Positions 50,481 through 64,000 of a DNA stretch of 64,000 nucleotides are shown one piece after another (position 1 is the stretch's first letter; every line of letters starts with the position of its first letter). The notes beneath the pieces are model-generated. The model worked only from the letters and a program-made list of their open reading frames with translations, made no database searches and had not been told where the DNA came from. Source of the DNA: Vicugna vicugna (taxonomy: Eukaryota); assembly GCA_013265495.1 (NCBI GenBank), contig MU058463.1, forward strand, positions 2,751,523 to 2,815,522, written 5' to 3'. The position numbers and the translations under genes are program-made.

Positions 50481-53400
50481 CGCTCTGTACCTTTTTTGCC
50501 CGAGAAATTTTGCACATTTTCTTATTATGGGCTGTGCGATTATCTTGGTGCTTTTTTTTCTTGCTTGTTATGATTTTTAAAATTATTTTGCATGTTTTCT
50601 GTTGTCAGTTTTCAGCATGTATCTTTTTTCCTCAAAGAATCATGCATTTCATTTAGACTCAAGTTATTAATATAAAATTGTACGTAGTGTGCTCATGCAA
50701 GCCATTATTATATCTTTTTTGTTTTTTCTAACTTCATGTACTTGTATGCTATCTTTCTAATTATTAATTCACTTTACTAAGTGTTTATCCAGTTTGCTGT
50801 ATTTCTTAAAAAATAAACCAGTTGTTAGATTCTTTTTCTATTCATGCATTTTGTTTTCTAATTCACTAATTTCTACAAGGTTTATTTTTTTTTCATCTTT
50901 TTACTTTCTATATGGGGTTTTCTTTGCTTTCTTCTAACTGTTGCATTCAGTGGTTTACATTCTTTCTTTTAATAACTGATACATTTCTGAACATATCTTT
51001 AAATTCACATATTTTAATACATAATATTCTCACAATTGTGTGAAGTAATCTACAATTTCATTATTGCTTTCTACATTAACTAAGTTATTATGAAAGCAAT
51101 TTTTTTAGCTTTTAAAGGCCTGGACATTTCAATTTTAATTATTTAAAATAAAATTACTTCTTCAGAGAACATGGCCTGATAACCTTACAAATTAATTTCC
51201 AAATCCTCTAAACTTTCACTCAGGGCACGTGTGCACACACGTGCACACACACGTGTTGGGGGGGTGTATGTATACTTAACCTTCACTTCTAACAGCATAT
51301 GTTCCAAGACTCTAGAATGCTTCAGTTCACTGTTCAGTTCTAGATGTGCTGGATGCTAGAAGTAATAATAGAAACAAAAAGGGAAGCTGTTTCTATTTTG
51401 GCCAACAAGGAAGACATTTCCCAACCAGTAGATGACAGCTACCCAGTTGCCTGTCGCTACTTCTTTATCCAAGAAGCAGGCTGAAGAATCGAGCCAGCAA
51501 GTCCCCCATCCTACGTACCAGCCAGCCGTGCTGCTCAGACTCAAAGTGCGTGTGTGGGCTACAATGGGGTTCTTCGAACCAGTGTCTTCAAGCCACAGAT
51601 GGCAAGCCCCCTCCCCCTCCTGGACTCTGCCATATGGTTGTGTTAGCTTTAATTTTCAAGAGTATTCAAGCCTTTCAAGTATTCCACCTACATTCCCTTT
51701 AATATACTTTTAATTTTGATTTAAATACATGCATCTTAACCACCCCCTTTTCCCTTGTGTTTTGAAGTACAAATCAATAGTTATTTTCTTCTGTAACTCT
51801 TCCTGTCTCTGTACATTTCACTTCCCCATCACACACTTTGGAAGTTTACAAGAGCCTGTATTTTCTAAAAGATATTAAGCTCTTTGTGGGTATTTGCCTA
51901 GGAAGTTGGGAAAGGTCATCGTAGGGATTGTATTTAGCTTGTTACCATCTTATTTTAGAACATGTGTTGTTTTTTTTTAAATCAACATATGGAACAAACA
52001 CAATAAGGTGAGTGGATTTGTTTCGGTACCTACACTTCCAAATTCTCACAGCTAAAAGGAGTAATTACACAAATAAACAAAATACGTCCAAGGCTTATGA
52101 TCAGAAACACTGTTTAGCCTTTAAATACTGTTGGACACTTTCCCTTAGTAAAATCTAGGATCTGGTAAAACAAAGAGCCAGTGCAATTCTCAGTATTAGA
52201 GGTGATAACCAAGTATTCCTGGAAATTCAAATTCTTATTCCACAGAATTACTGAAAGATATCTAGCATTAATAATTTTAATTATAGGTTACATAGAAACT
52301 TTCACAGTACTGCTAAATTCTATGCCTGCTTAGTTAAAGCCTTTAGTTTGAATGTTAAACCAGTCATAACCCTTGTGTAAATTATGAAATTGTCATATGT
52401 GGTATTAGTTCCACCTGCTAAGATAAGTGATATTATCTGGAATATTTTTAACACAAAGCATGTCTAAATACCTACATAGCTCCTTAGGAAGAGCAGAAAT
52501 CTTTCACAAAATATGTGCCTAATTTTTAAAACTTAGTAAAGGAGTGGGAATCATGAATTTCAAAAATTAAAATAAAAAATGGCTTAGAGACCTCCAGGAT
52601 AGCAGCACCTGATTCTGCCATAGCTCCCTGACGACCCCAAACTTCCACAGCTATAGAGTATGATAGAAAATGGAAAAAAAAAAGGTGAATTCGACTACAA
52701 AATTTTATACCTGGAACTACAATTCACAAATAGAAAAGTTTCAAAAGGGTATTGATGCAAAACATGTTAGAATTTTTTTTCTTTTTGGGTAATATTTTGT
52801 GTCATGTTTTATTCTCAAGTACACAAAGCTTCAGTCCAGGTGTTGGGACCAATTCAAACACAGGTAGGACTTGGTGTCTGCTCTTAAGGACTAGAAATAG
52901 ACAGAAACACAAACAACTCCAAGAGAAAGTCACTTAAGACAAATGGCATAATAGGAACACCTTAAAATTTCTAGGAAACTCTAGGAAAGGGACAGAGAAA
53001 TTCCACCTCAAGGGGAGAAAGAAATTATTATTTAAATTAGGGCTTGAAGGACAGGGAGGGCAGTAGAGGGCACACAAGTCCGTGCCAATGTCGTCAAGTA
53101 TGAAAGGCCTCTACCAAGACCACGCGGCAGGGCTGCACAGGACACCGAGGTGGCAGAGCAGTGGTGCTGCATTGGGGGCCAGTCTCCACCACCAGGTTCC
53201 ATCCACTGGCTCTCCCCTTCCTGGAAAATGTGCAGTTAATGTTGATTCTACTGCACTCAGCGATTCCCAGGAGACCAAAGGCACAGCTGGCCTCCAACAA
53301 ACAGGGTCAACCTTGTAGAAAACTGTGCATATAGGGGAAGCCCAGCCCCGACTGGGAGGCTCCAACAATAGCCAGACCTTCCTCCCCTTCAAAGGCAAGC

Positions 53401-54184
53401 GATCACTCGGCTCGCCTTCTATGTTGGATAAAATGCCATACAGATCAAATGCTTTCCAGATCAAATGACAGCAAGCCGCCTTTCAGACCATCAAGTCCCA
53501 CACAAATGTCAGACGCTGGTATTACCATAAGGACCCAGGGTGAAAAGAAACCCAGTAAGAAAGGAAGAGGGGAGGTGCTTCTCACCTCCTCCCCGAGTTC
53601 CCATTTGATTCCTGGATCTAAGGGAGAAGGGCTATCTTGATGACCTGGCGTCTTTCCACTTCTGTACTATCCCCTCTAAGACTCCTACATATATTCAAAG
53701 TAGTAAGTAGGCCTTTGGCTCCTTGGGAAATTTGTAAATTTTGTACTCTGGGAGTGTTTCTCAAACTATAATAGTTCACATGCTAACTATGATTTTTGCT
53801 ATAGCCTCATACAGCCTATAACATTATTTCCCTAACAATTTTCTCTGCCTTGACTCCCTTTTTTAAAAAGAAATGCATTTTTTAAAAATGAAATTTTGTA
53901 TTCCCACCATAAATGGAAAAATTAGTAACACTGGTCCTGGTCATACATATAAGCAGGCCACGTAATGTATACAATGACAACAAAACCAAAAAATGTTACA
54001 GAACTTTCGGGAAATACAGTTGCTTAGCAATGGCTGTGTGAAGGCAGCTGCAGGGGAGAGCCCAGGCGAAACCAGCAGAGCAACAGCCCAGACACCCCGT
54101 AGCATCGTGAGAAATAATAAATCGTGGCTCATTTAAACACTAAGTTCTGGGGTGGTTTCGAAGGCAAACTGACCCATTCTTTGA

Positions 54185-54350
54185 CAGCTCTTCTCACACC
54201 TTAACTTACTTAAGCTTACCTATCACCTGGGGATCTTGTTGAAAGGCAGATTTTTATTCCAGAATTCTGAGTGAAGCTTGAGAGTCTGCAGGTCTTCCCA
54301 GGTGGAAGTGATATGAATGCTGGTGTCCTATGGACCACACTTTGAGCAGC
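54185..54350. mobile_element. MER5-type hAT element
   Basis: 'atcacctggggatcttgttgaaaggcagatt...tggaccacactttgagcagca'. Confidence 0.7.
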
Positions 54351-54394
54351 AAAATTTTGTTAGAGGGTTATCTTTTTCTTTCATTCTCTTTTGG

Positions 54395-54622
54395 CTATCA
54401 TGAGTCTGCGAGGGCTGCCATAGCAAAGTACCACAGACCGGGTGGCTGAGACAACAGAAATTAATTTGCTCACAATTCTGCAGGCTAGAAGCCCAAGATC
54501 AAGGTGGTGGCAGGGTGAGTTTCCTCTGCAGTCTATCTCTTTGGCTTACAGAGGGCGGTCTTCCCTCTGTGTCTTCACATGGCCTTTCCTCTGTGCATGT
54601 CACTGGCTTAATCTCTTCTTCT
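54395..54622 (-). mobile_element. MLT1A/B/C LTR fragment
   Basis: 'gggctgccatagcaaagtaccacagaccgggtggc...ctcacaattctgcaggctagaagcccaagatcaaggtg'. Confidence 0.8.
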
Positions 54623-55869
54623 CATCCAGTCATGTTGAATCAATCATAATAGCCATTTGGAAAAGCTTAAAGAGAAAATTAATACATCTAAGCTGGGACT
54701 TGAAAGATGACTTGAATTTTGCCCCAGCCAAGATGGGTGAGGCTTATTTTGGGGCACTGAGGGGACAACTTGAGTTCAATCTGGTCTATATGGAATGTGT
54801 GTGCATTTTACAAATAGAATCAGGCAGAACATGACAGATCTCAGTTCAGATGCCACTGCATTGAGCACTTCGATCTTTTTTTTTTTTTTGAGTACCTCAT
54901 TATTGCCAGATACACGAATTCCACCCTCCCTCCCCACCCCAAATTCAATTCCCAAGGAAAGGAGAGCAGAGCTTCTGCTCCTTAAGAGAGTCTATGCTTG
55001 ACATCCACTGTCAGTCTGTCCCTCCTCATGTGTGGCACTAAACCGACCCTCTGTCCCTAGAGTGCTCCTGATGCAACCTGCACCTTTTCAGTCAAAGACT
55101 GCAGGTGCTGGAACGGTCCCCCAACTGAAATCTACCTGAGCCGCAGCATGGCTGTATCCAGGGAAGGAAACTCGGCTCCTGCCCGTGCCTTCCTCTCGGG
55201 CTGATAATAAATAATCATGCATGGTATTGACCCATGGTAGCACCCTTCTCAGAGGAGCTCAGAGTGCTTTCCAGACATTACCTCACAACATCCCTGTGAT
55301 CCTCACCTGAGAAGCGGCTCCTGCAAGCACGGCCCTACTCAGTCACCACAAGAAATCTAGAAACCAGTGAGTCATACAGCTTAAGGATAAAAGTGGGACC
55401 ACTTAAATACCACTGAGGTTTTCTTTCTCCCCCAGAGTGCTTAGGCAGCACAGGTAGTAAGCATCCTGGACGGGAGGATTATGCATCACGTGTGCCCATC
55501 TGGGGAGGGGGAAAGATGAATGGGTGCTACAGGCTTGGCTCCTGCCTCTGCAGACTTTGGAAAACTACTTGATTGACCATTTACTTCCTACTTAGCCTTC
55601 CAGGTATCTGAAAGAGATCACACGGAAATACCGCATTCACACGAGCCAGCAGCAACGATGAAAATGGAAGGACGTGTCAACCACAAAATCACTGCCATGG
55701 AACAGCCCCCACCACCCACATCTGCTCTTCCCCCCACCCCTGTGCTCTGGGAAACACACACATTCACTCTCAGGTCAGAGGACCATCCTTTCTCCTGCTT
55801 TCCTTTCAAGTCTCTCTAGAGGCGAGGCTTCCAGGTTGCGTGAAGACAGACAGAAATAACAACTCCCTC

Positions 55870-56165
55870 CAGGAGGGCGGCACTGCCTCTCCTGGGGCAG
55901 GCACAGACACAAGCTCCGGTTCCACAAGCCTGGTTCACACGCCCACTGCTCCTCCCCTCACCAGCTATGTGACTGTGGGCCAGTCGTGTTCCTCCTGCAA
56001 GTCTCCACCTCTCATCTACGAGACAAAAATAACAATGATGTCTACACCAGAGGGCTGATAAGAGTGTTAACTAAACCACATGTGGAAAACATAATGCCAT
56101 CCCTGGCATGCCTTTATTCTTCAATAAACATAGGATAATTGCACATAATAGTAATCATCATAATT
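55870..56165 (+). mobile_element. MIR SINE
   Basis: 'cccctcaccagctatgtgactgtgggccagtcg...ctcatctacgagacaaaaataacaatg'. Confidence 0.65.
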
Positions 56166-57274
56166 ACTATTTCCCATTTTATCCATGAAATGGAGCAGGG
56201 TTGGAGGAAGAAGGCAAAACAAGATTGTGAGAGAATGTGGGAGCCTGTGCACCCTGAATTTCCTATTCTCATATCCCCACATCAGAAGTATCTCCAGGGC
56301 CCACGTCACTCGTGATGTCAAAGAGAACTTCACCTTGTTTTGCTGGCTTCGTTTTGCTATGCACGGCGGAGATCTTCCCAGTCCTCTTCACTGGAGTTTT
56401 ACACAAGACAATGTCCTTTGACATACAGTTTAGTGAATTAAAAACAGTAAGTGCTATTTTAGGTAACATTTTATTTTTAAACAAAGTGGAGAAGAATAGC
56501 TCAACTTTCTGTGTTATGTTTCAAATGAGAACCCCTTCTTAGCTACCGATTCTGATCAACAGAGAACTTGAGTTCCCCCTGACTCTAACAGGCTGAGCTA
56601 GATATTTTTCTGTTCCAGGAACATTCTTGTTCTAAATAATGGAAAGTGGCCTGTGTAGTGATACATACATATCCGAATTAGAAACTATTATTTCCTCTGT
56701 CTTGAAAACCCTTGATGGCATTTACATTCTGAATTAAACTGAACACTGTATATTGATTTTAATATGTTAAGATGAAATTCAATTTTCATGACTACTTCTA
56801 ACATCACAGAGCATGTAGGATCAATGTGTTTGCTGATTTCTTGCTTACTACCAATACCTCCCTAAGGGTTTGCTACAAGATTTACAAGATTATTGTTTCA
56901 GAAGATGTGTGCATAAATATGCTATCAAATAAGCTACAATGCATGGCACAAGAGGCGATGAATGATTTGTTTGCCGCATTTTAATCAGCCTGGCGTCAAT
57001 GCTGACACATCCATGGACAGGTTCACTGCAGTCAGGTCCCCGACTGCAGCTCAGCTCCTTTCCCAAGGAGCAGAGCTGGCAGGAGAGGTCTCCCCACGAC
57101 TGCTCTTGGAATTCACCCTCCTGAAAAGGAGGAAGTGCCTTTCAGCTAAGACAGAGCTATGGATGTGCAGGACGCAACTTCTGAGATGGCAGCAGGCCCG
57201 ATGGCCAATTAGGGACCAGTAAGTATCTGTGTGTGTGCGTCGACTTAACTCCATAAAGCCGTCCTTTGACAACA

Positions 57275-57540
57275 GGAGAGGCAGTCTAATGCAGCGGATA
57301 TGAGTGTGGGCTTAGAGTGGACCAACACTGGGGTCAAGTCCAGATAATGTCATTTATCAGCTGGGTGACCTTGGGCAAATTACTGAACTTATCTGTGACT
57401 AGATACCCTCCTCTGAAAAATGGGAAGAATAAGAAGTACCTCATAGGGTCAGGAAGACTTAATGAGACAACACGCTTTAAACCCTGTTCACAGTACCTGG
57501 TATGGAGGAAGTGCTCAGTAGAGGGTAACTACTATTATTA
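57275..57540 (+). mobile_element. MIR SINE, near full length
   Basis: 'cagctgggtgaccttgggcaaattactgaactt...tgaaaaatgggaagaataagaagtacctcataggg'. Confidence 0.85.
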
Positions 57541-57559
57541 GATAAAACTCACATCCCAG

Positions 57560-58110
57560 TCATTCAAAAGCCATTTTTATTGAATTCTCATTATGGGCAA
57601 GACATTGTAGAGACATTTTGGGAAATGCAGACATTAACACAACATCGTCTCTACCTTGGAGGGGCTTACATCCGGGTTGGGGAGATGAATACATAAATAA
57701 CTATAATTGATCGGAAAGCATGGGGAGGTGCCAAAAGAGAGGTGTAATGAATTGCTAGGGGAGGCTACAAGGTAAATAGATTACTTCCTGGGAAGGAATC
57801 AGGGGAACCCTCTCAAAGAGGATGCCTCTGGGTTTTGAGTCTTACAGAATAATTGAGATTCAAATGTGTGGGGAGCTGAATGTGCAGAGGAATAAAGGTA
57901 CACGAGCAAGAATGCCGGACACAGAGAATGGCTTGAGGTGCAGGTGGCAGTCTAAGGGAAAGGAAGTTTGGAAAATAGGTTGGAGGGAAACAACAGAGAG
58001 CACTGAAGGCCAAGTTCAGGAGCGTGGTCTTTATTTGGTGTGAAATGGGGCGTCTTTGAAGTTGGCTCCACTGAGGGACAGGCTGATGGACTCTCATGGC
58101 AGGGAAAGTC
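57560..58110 (-). mobile_element. L2 fragment
   Basis: 'tcattcaaaagccatttttattgaattctcattatgggcaagacattgt...'. Confidence 0.7.
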
Positions 58111-58114
58111 AGCT

Positions 58115-58345
58115 AGCAGCTAACACCTGTTCAGCACATGCCTGGCACTGAAGTGCTTTGTGTGCATCAATTCATTTCCTCTCCATAAAATCCTGTGAGC
58201 TGAGTGTTGGTGTTGTCGCCATTGCACAGAGGAGGAATCCAAGACACTGAGAAATTACGTCAACTGCCCGAGTTTACAAAATCAGGAATGGCAGAGGCAG
58301 GATTTGAATCCAGGTCATCTGCTGCACACCCATGCCCTTGATTGC
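58115..58345 (-). mobile_element. MIR SINE
   Basis: 'atgcctggcactg...ccattgcacagaggaggaatccaag...ggcagaggcaggatttgaatccaggtc'. Confidence 0.8.
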
Positions 58346-58614
58346 TAACCCCACTGTCCGCTGCTCCAGAAGAAGGTGAGGGTCAAGTGAGGAGGGCCAA
58401 GAGGAGGCCGTGACCAGCAGAATAAAAGCCTGAGATACTACAGCTGAAGGGGGATGGTGGCACAGGGAGACCTCGGTGAGGATTGTGACAAAGGGGAGAA
58501 TTGATAGCATTTCATGAGTTTCATTTCATGTAGTGAAAAAATGAGAAAGAGGATTCAAATGTAGCCAACTTTGCCTTTAGAAAGAAGACAGTCAGAACAT
58601 TCCTGGGCTGAGGC

Positions 58615-58795
58615 CACATGGCGCAGAACAACACCAAAGCACGGATGTTGGAGGCTGACAGACCCTGGGGTGACCTTGTGCAATATTCATATATCTATTT
58701 ACAAAGGTATGGAGTTGTAAGGTTATTTAGGATTAAATGAGATATGTAACGTTCATAGAAGTGGCTGGAACATAGGAGACATTCAAAAAACATTC
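58615..58795 (+). mobile_element. MIR fragment
   Basis: 'gggtgaccttgtgcaa...aggattaaatgagatatgtaa...gtggctggaacatagg'. Confidence 0.6.
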
Positions 58796-60075
58796 ATTTT
58801 TTTTTTCCTGCTGAAAAGATCAGTGATCCCGGAAGAGAGGAGGACAGAGGATGGAAGAAGTAGATGGTGTCTCGACCACAGAGGCTTCACCCCACTGCCT
58901 CTGGCCAGTCGCTCTGTCTTTAGAAATTCCGCAGGGACTTCCAGGGGAAGGCAAGGGTAAGAAGCAGACGCTGAGGCTGGAGTTGGCCCCACACTATCCT
59001 GGATCTCTGTCTGCGGGAGAGGGAGGGGGTAGAGAGAGGGAAAAGACAATGGCGGGGAGAAAGGGACGTGTCTGCGGCTCTACAATGGGGCTCACATGCT
59101 GCTATCAGGGCTCAAGGTAAAGGCACATTAAATAGGAGGGTGATGCCTGTGTGCAAACTTTCTTTACAAGCAGCCAATGCCTGGGAGATGCCTTCGGCCA
59201 CACATCACAGTTGTGACCTTGTCACTACTCCGGAATATAGACCTAAAATTTCGAAAAGGGCCAACGGATTTTAAACCCATCTGAGAGAAGCTCTGGGAGC
59301 CTCGTGCTGATGGGAGTACTTCCTGAACAGACTTTGCAGCTGAACCAGGGGGCCGTTTTAATTACTGGATTCAGGAGGCTGGAGGCAGCAGGAGCCAGGG
59401 AGAAGGGTCACGGAATTGACAAGACCAGATCAATTCTGCAGTCAGATTCCCAGGGCAAGGAGACAACCTGCGAGGGAATCGAACCTGCACCCTCTTCCCT
59501 GCTGAGCAGAGAGAAGCCAGGAAATAGCTGCTAAAACATAGAAGAGATCGTGAACTTTCTGGAAAAAGCAAAAGAGGGAAGAAGTTCCCTCAGAGAGGAA
59601 GCCCGAGAAAGCTTATGGACAATCCTCTACTTAACCAAAGGGAAGGCTCCCACCCCAGAACATCGCAGAAAATCACCTCCAAATCGGCGTGCAAGGCTTA
59701 CTGAGTCATCTGAACACCCTAGAGAGACGAAATAGATTTATTTTAATGCCTAAAGCAGTGGCCCAAGCTGCCCTCAGATTATAAAGCAGAAGAAATGTTG
59801 TGCAGCAACTTTCTCAGATGCCTGTACTGGCGACTCCACGCCCCACCTTCATCCCAGAGACTCCCCTTCAACGTCCCCCCTCACACCTCCTTCTGGGACC
59901 CACACTACTTCCTTTCTGATAGTTCCTCCCAGCCAACTGCACTCCCTAGACATGCTCTGTCCTTACATCTGAAACCTTGTGCTTGGATCCAGCCACCACA
60001 GACCTCAAGGCTGAGTGCCCTCAGCTGCTGAAGCCAGCTCACCGCCACCGTGAGAGTGTTAAGATCATTCTAGAA

Positions 60076-60582
60076 TAGTTTTCAAAGTATGGTCTGAGGA
60101 ACCCAAGTCCCTGAGACACTTTCCTGGAGCCCACAAGGACCTTTTTCAATTATGTATCTGGGTAAAGCATTTATTCTTTATATGCCTCAATCAAAAGGAC
60201 ATAATGCAACCCACTGAATGCAGAAGCACATATGAAAATCCAACTGTCATTTATTAAACCAGACATTAAAAACTGCAAAAGTGCAAAAAAAAAAAAACCA
60301 AAAATACCCCAAAAAACAAAAACACTACTCTTCACAGATTTTGTTCCTTTTTGGAAAATAGAATTATTTTTCCAAAAAAAAACATTATTTATGCTAACAT
60401 GTTATGTGTTTATTACACTATTTTTAAATTGATTAAAATATTATAAAAGATTCTCTGTTTTAATTGCTAATATAGTCAATTATCAGTCAATATAACCCAC
60501 CCAAAGGACAAAAAAAGCCCTTTGGGGTCCTCAGCGATTTTTGAAAATGTAGAGGGATCTTTAAGAAGTTTGAGAACTGCTA
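60076..60582. mobile_element. hAT-Charlie internally deleted DNA transposon with both termini
   Basis: Termini tagttttcaaa... and ...tttgagaactgcta. 8-bp TSD ttctagaa (60068-75) / atctagaa (60583-90) fits the Charlie NTCTAGAN target. Internal 'aatgcagaagcacatatgaaaatccaactg'. Confidence 0.8.
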
Positions 60583-60979
60583 ATCTAGAAGGATTTGTCT
60601 GTTTTGTTGTCCACATTGGCTGCGATTTCATCTTGGCTAAGAGGATAAGATTCTGCAGACACATATATTACAGAAAACTGCCAGCAGGAAACTGCGGGGA
60701 GACCCTTGTTCTGGTAATACATCTACCAAATCAATCAACCTGTCTCTTGGTAAATAAATACAATGTCATTCTCTATACCCTTTAGAACTTTTTATAAAGA
60801 AATGAAAGTGTAATCACACTTCACAAAAACTGCCATAAATCTTAAGCACTACTGGAATTACTTCCAGACACCTGGCCAACTCTAGGACAGGACTTTAGTC
60901 CTGTCCAGTCTAGCTCATTTCAAGGTAAGTAGCTCAAGTACGAGTGTTAATTACCAATCTTACATTTTATTGCTTCTTG

Positions 60980-61110
60980 AGCAATGATTCCCAAGGCACC
61001 ATTCCACTCCCGATTTCCGGATGCAGAATCTCTCAGTGTGAATCCCTGAAACCTGCATTTTTAATAAGGGCCTCAAGAGATAACAATGTGCAGTGAGGTT
61101 TGGGAACTAA
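60980..61110. mobile_element. MER5-type fragment
   Basis: 'cagaatctctcagtgtgaatccctgaaacctgcatttttaataag...gtttgggaact'. Confidence 0.6.
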
Positions 61111-64000
61111 CTTAGAGTACTTTGCCTGAACCAAAGCTCTCAAATCACCTACTCTGATATATTTTTTAGTTCTTGCAGGGCAGTAGTAGTCTTCACAAAT
61201 GTCTCATGACTCAGATACACTCTCACTTCCAGTTTTCCATTCCTACTTTCTCACTTCAGCTTCTGAAATATTTTAATATATTAGAAACAGGTGTTTTGCC
61301 CTCAGTGAAAGACTATCTTTGTACTTTATTTATGAAGGAGTCAGATCATTTTGCCATAAAAATAAACTAAGTTAAACATGGTTAAGTGTGTAAATGACAA
61401 AATATGATCAGCAATAGGATAGTCATCAGGCCTTGGTCATTACTGGGGGAAAAAAAAAGGAAAAGGAAAGCAGGGAGATGAAGTTGCAGTTTTATCAGGG
61501 CTGGAAGCACAAATAAGCATGTTGGGGAAATCTAGGCCAATCCATATTTGCTTTTAAATGTGTCCTAGAGCATCCTTGATGGCTTTGTCCTGGGACCTTG
61601 CACTCTGGATTTAAAGCAATCCATTCCTTCAGTGAGGAGGAGGGAGACAGACTGGGGAGTGGACTGTCTCAGGAATGAACTCTGGCTCCCCGGGGCCTGG
61701 GAACTGCACTTGACATTAGACTGGCTACCATACTGAGTGACTTTCCACCCTTTGTTTTATTTTTGTTTTTCTTAGTATACACTGAGAAACAGAGGACCAC
61801 ATCTGTAAGTGCGCCAAGTAGACGAGTTATCTTCAAAATCCTGGGTACGATGGGGGTAATAACGGCCTTTGATTTGTTTTAAATTATTTATACTCCGCTC
61901 GTTTATTAAGGAGGCATCTAATTCATAATAGAAACAGAGGCTTGAGAAGGAGACCATCCATTCCTCTCTGCCTGTCAGCGAGGGGTTGTTTCCTGCGGAA
62001 CGCTTTGGAGTGCTTCGTCTTGCAGACACTCTGTCTAAGTCGGCTCCACCAGGAGCCTAATGCACTAGCGGGGCCTGATTATTGCGCAGAGCAGAGCGTC
62101 GGAGCAGCCGCGGTATTAATAGCACAAGCGGGCAGAATCCTGTTGACTGGGCTGTACGCTGGCTCTGGAAGACAACCTCCCATTCATGTTGACATGTTCT
62201 AGGAAAATATTTCCTGATATCCTTTCTACCACCCTCCCCCCTTGCTCCTAGCTGTGCCAATTTCAGCTGTGAGGGCTTTTGTTCTTGTTGATGGAGAGGT
62301 GGGATGCCATCATTTCTAAGTGCCCCTGGGAAGTGCTGACTTGGCAACCCTGGAGGCAGAAGAGGTCCTTCCCAGAAGAGGAAGGACCTAAGCAGTGGCC
62401 ACAGGAGGGTTCCACATTGACTTGCCAACAGATTTAAAACTTGCTTTTTGAACCGTAATTCTCGACTTTCCGTCTGGGAGTCTGGAGAGGTGATACTGAA
62501 GTGGAAGGTATGATGATCCAGCTAGGCGAGGCCACGTTAATTTCTCCAGAACCAGAGAACAGCCAGCAATGATTATCTTGATGCCTAATTTAAAAGCCTA
62601 ATTTAACTATTCCTAGAAACTCTTTAGAAACTGTCTACTCAAACACACAATTGATTTTTGAAAATCCAGTCAGGTTAAGGTCTGACGTTTTAACTTCTTA
62701 AAATTAGAGTTGAAATGTATGCTTATAAATTATGGAGATAACTTTAGTGATAAGCAAAAAAATAATAATTTATAAAAAATTCTTTGAGACCTCGCCCTTG
62801 GCCCTTTTCACCTCCCATCTGAGGAAGAACGGGGGGGAGCAGTTGAAGTCTATTCAAAATATATTTACAAGAAAATCCTTGAGACAGAGAAGTGAACATG
62901 ATAGAATTGTATCTAACCATGTTGAAATACCTTGGAAACTACCTTTTGGAGAATTCTGATTCTTCAGTTTTATTCCAATCTCTCCGGAACTTGAAACAAG
63001 CTTCCAGCTAGGAATAATAGTATTAAATTCAAAGTATAAACAATTATTAGAAATATATAGGCTTAGAAACCATTAAATTTGTTCCATAAACAGGTTTATT
63101 ACTTTTCTGCATTCTTGCATGAAAATTTGTCTTCTACCAATTTGACATATAATAGCCAGGATTAGATTTATTAACCTTATCAATACCATTATTTTGCACT
63201 GTCAGGTATTCCGAATATTATCTGGGTAGCAGGAATGATTCCTCAAAACCTGACTCTCCCCTCCCCCGCCCACCAACTCACCAATGTTGAGCAATTATTT
63301 TGTTTGTGGAAAAATAAGCTTAGTCTTATATCAAAGGTCGTGCTGCACCTACAGTGATTTAGAATTCAAATGTGGCTAATTTATAAAACGACCACATATC
63401 ACTGTTCACAGCAGGAATCAGGTACTGAAAGCAAACTCCACTCGGAACACAGTTTCTCGGGCCATTTGCTTTCAGAAAAATCTCTGGCTAATGCTAAAGG
63501 ATCTTTTCTTTCTTCCAGGCGTCACGTATTTTGATTTCATGTCGGACTAACCCAGACCTGGCCAGAGCACAGCCGCCTGTATTTCTGTTGGCTGAGAGGG
63601 CTCTTAGCAACTGACAAGGAGTGTACTTTATGAGAACTCCAGATTTTTCACCCAGTAAATCTACAAGAATAGCAAACCAGGCCCAGGAGACACTGATCGG
63701 AAAGCAAGAGTTGGAGAGAGAAAGAGTGTGTGCATATAACCAGGTTTAGGGTGCTTCTCTCTGACATGAGTCAACGATGAGTTTTGCAGTTGGTTCTAAA
63801 CAAAGTGGAAGGTGCAGTACATACTCAAAGAAGAAAACTGAGAGTTTTCCAAAAGAATTTTATTTTAACAGAGATTCATAACCAGAGGAACTGATGGGGA
63901 AGAGGAAGGTAGAGGAGGAGGCTGGAAACAAGAGATGGTGGGAGAATTAGGGGACATAGCTCTGGGACTTTGAACAAATCACATTTTGCAGACCTCTGGG

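Noticed and set aside
1..64000. A novel multi-gene biological system
   Set aside because: No host coding exons or gene cluster can be supported. The remaining ORFs are short and either repeat-derived or random.

Overview
Mammalian genomic DNA, AT-rich, with no recognisable host protein-coding exon. It is probably from a camelid, inferred from a tRNA-Ala-like SINE and the 3' UTR of the young L1s. The only real coding ORF is the C-terminal half of L1 ORF2, in a young 5'-truncated L1 (22306-24228, minus strand, 15-bp TSD). Most of the window is ancient eutherian repeats (MIR, L2, L1M, MLT1, MER3/5/20, Charlie). It also has a small CpG island near 5.3-5.6 kb that looks like a minus-strand promoter and first exon, a repeat-poor stretch at about 26.7-41.9 kb that may hold enhancers, and a strong CTCF-like site at 43.5 kb. 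The most unusual features are small insertion events: a TSD-flanked chimeric retro-insertion (L1 fragment + unassigned sequence + A-tail) at 6138-6449, a local ~175-bp templated duplication abutting the young L1, and a ~50-bp tailless L1 3'UTR piece inside an older L1. I found no evidence of a new multi-gene system. Repeat family names come from my recall of consensus sequences, and old-repeat boundaries are approximate.
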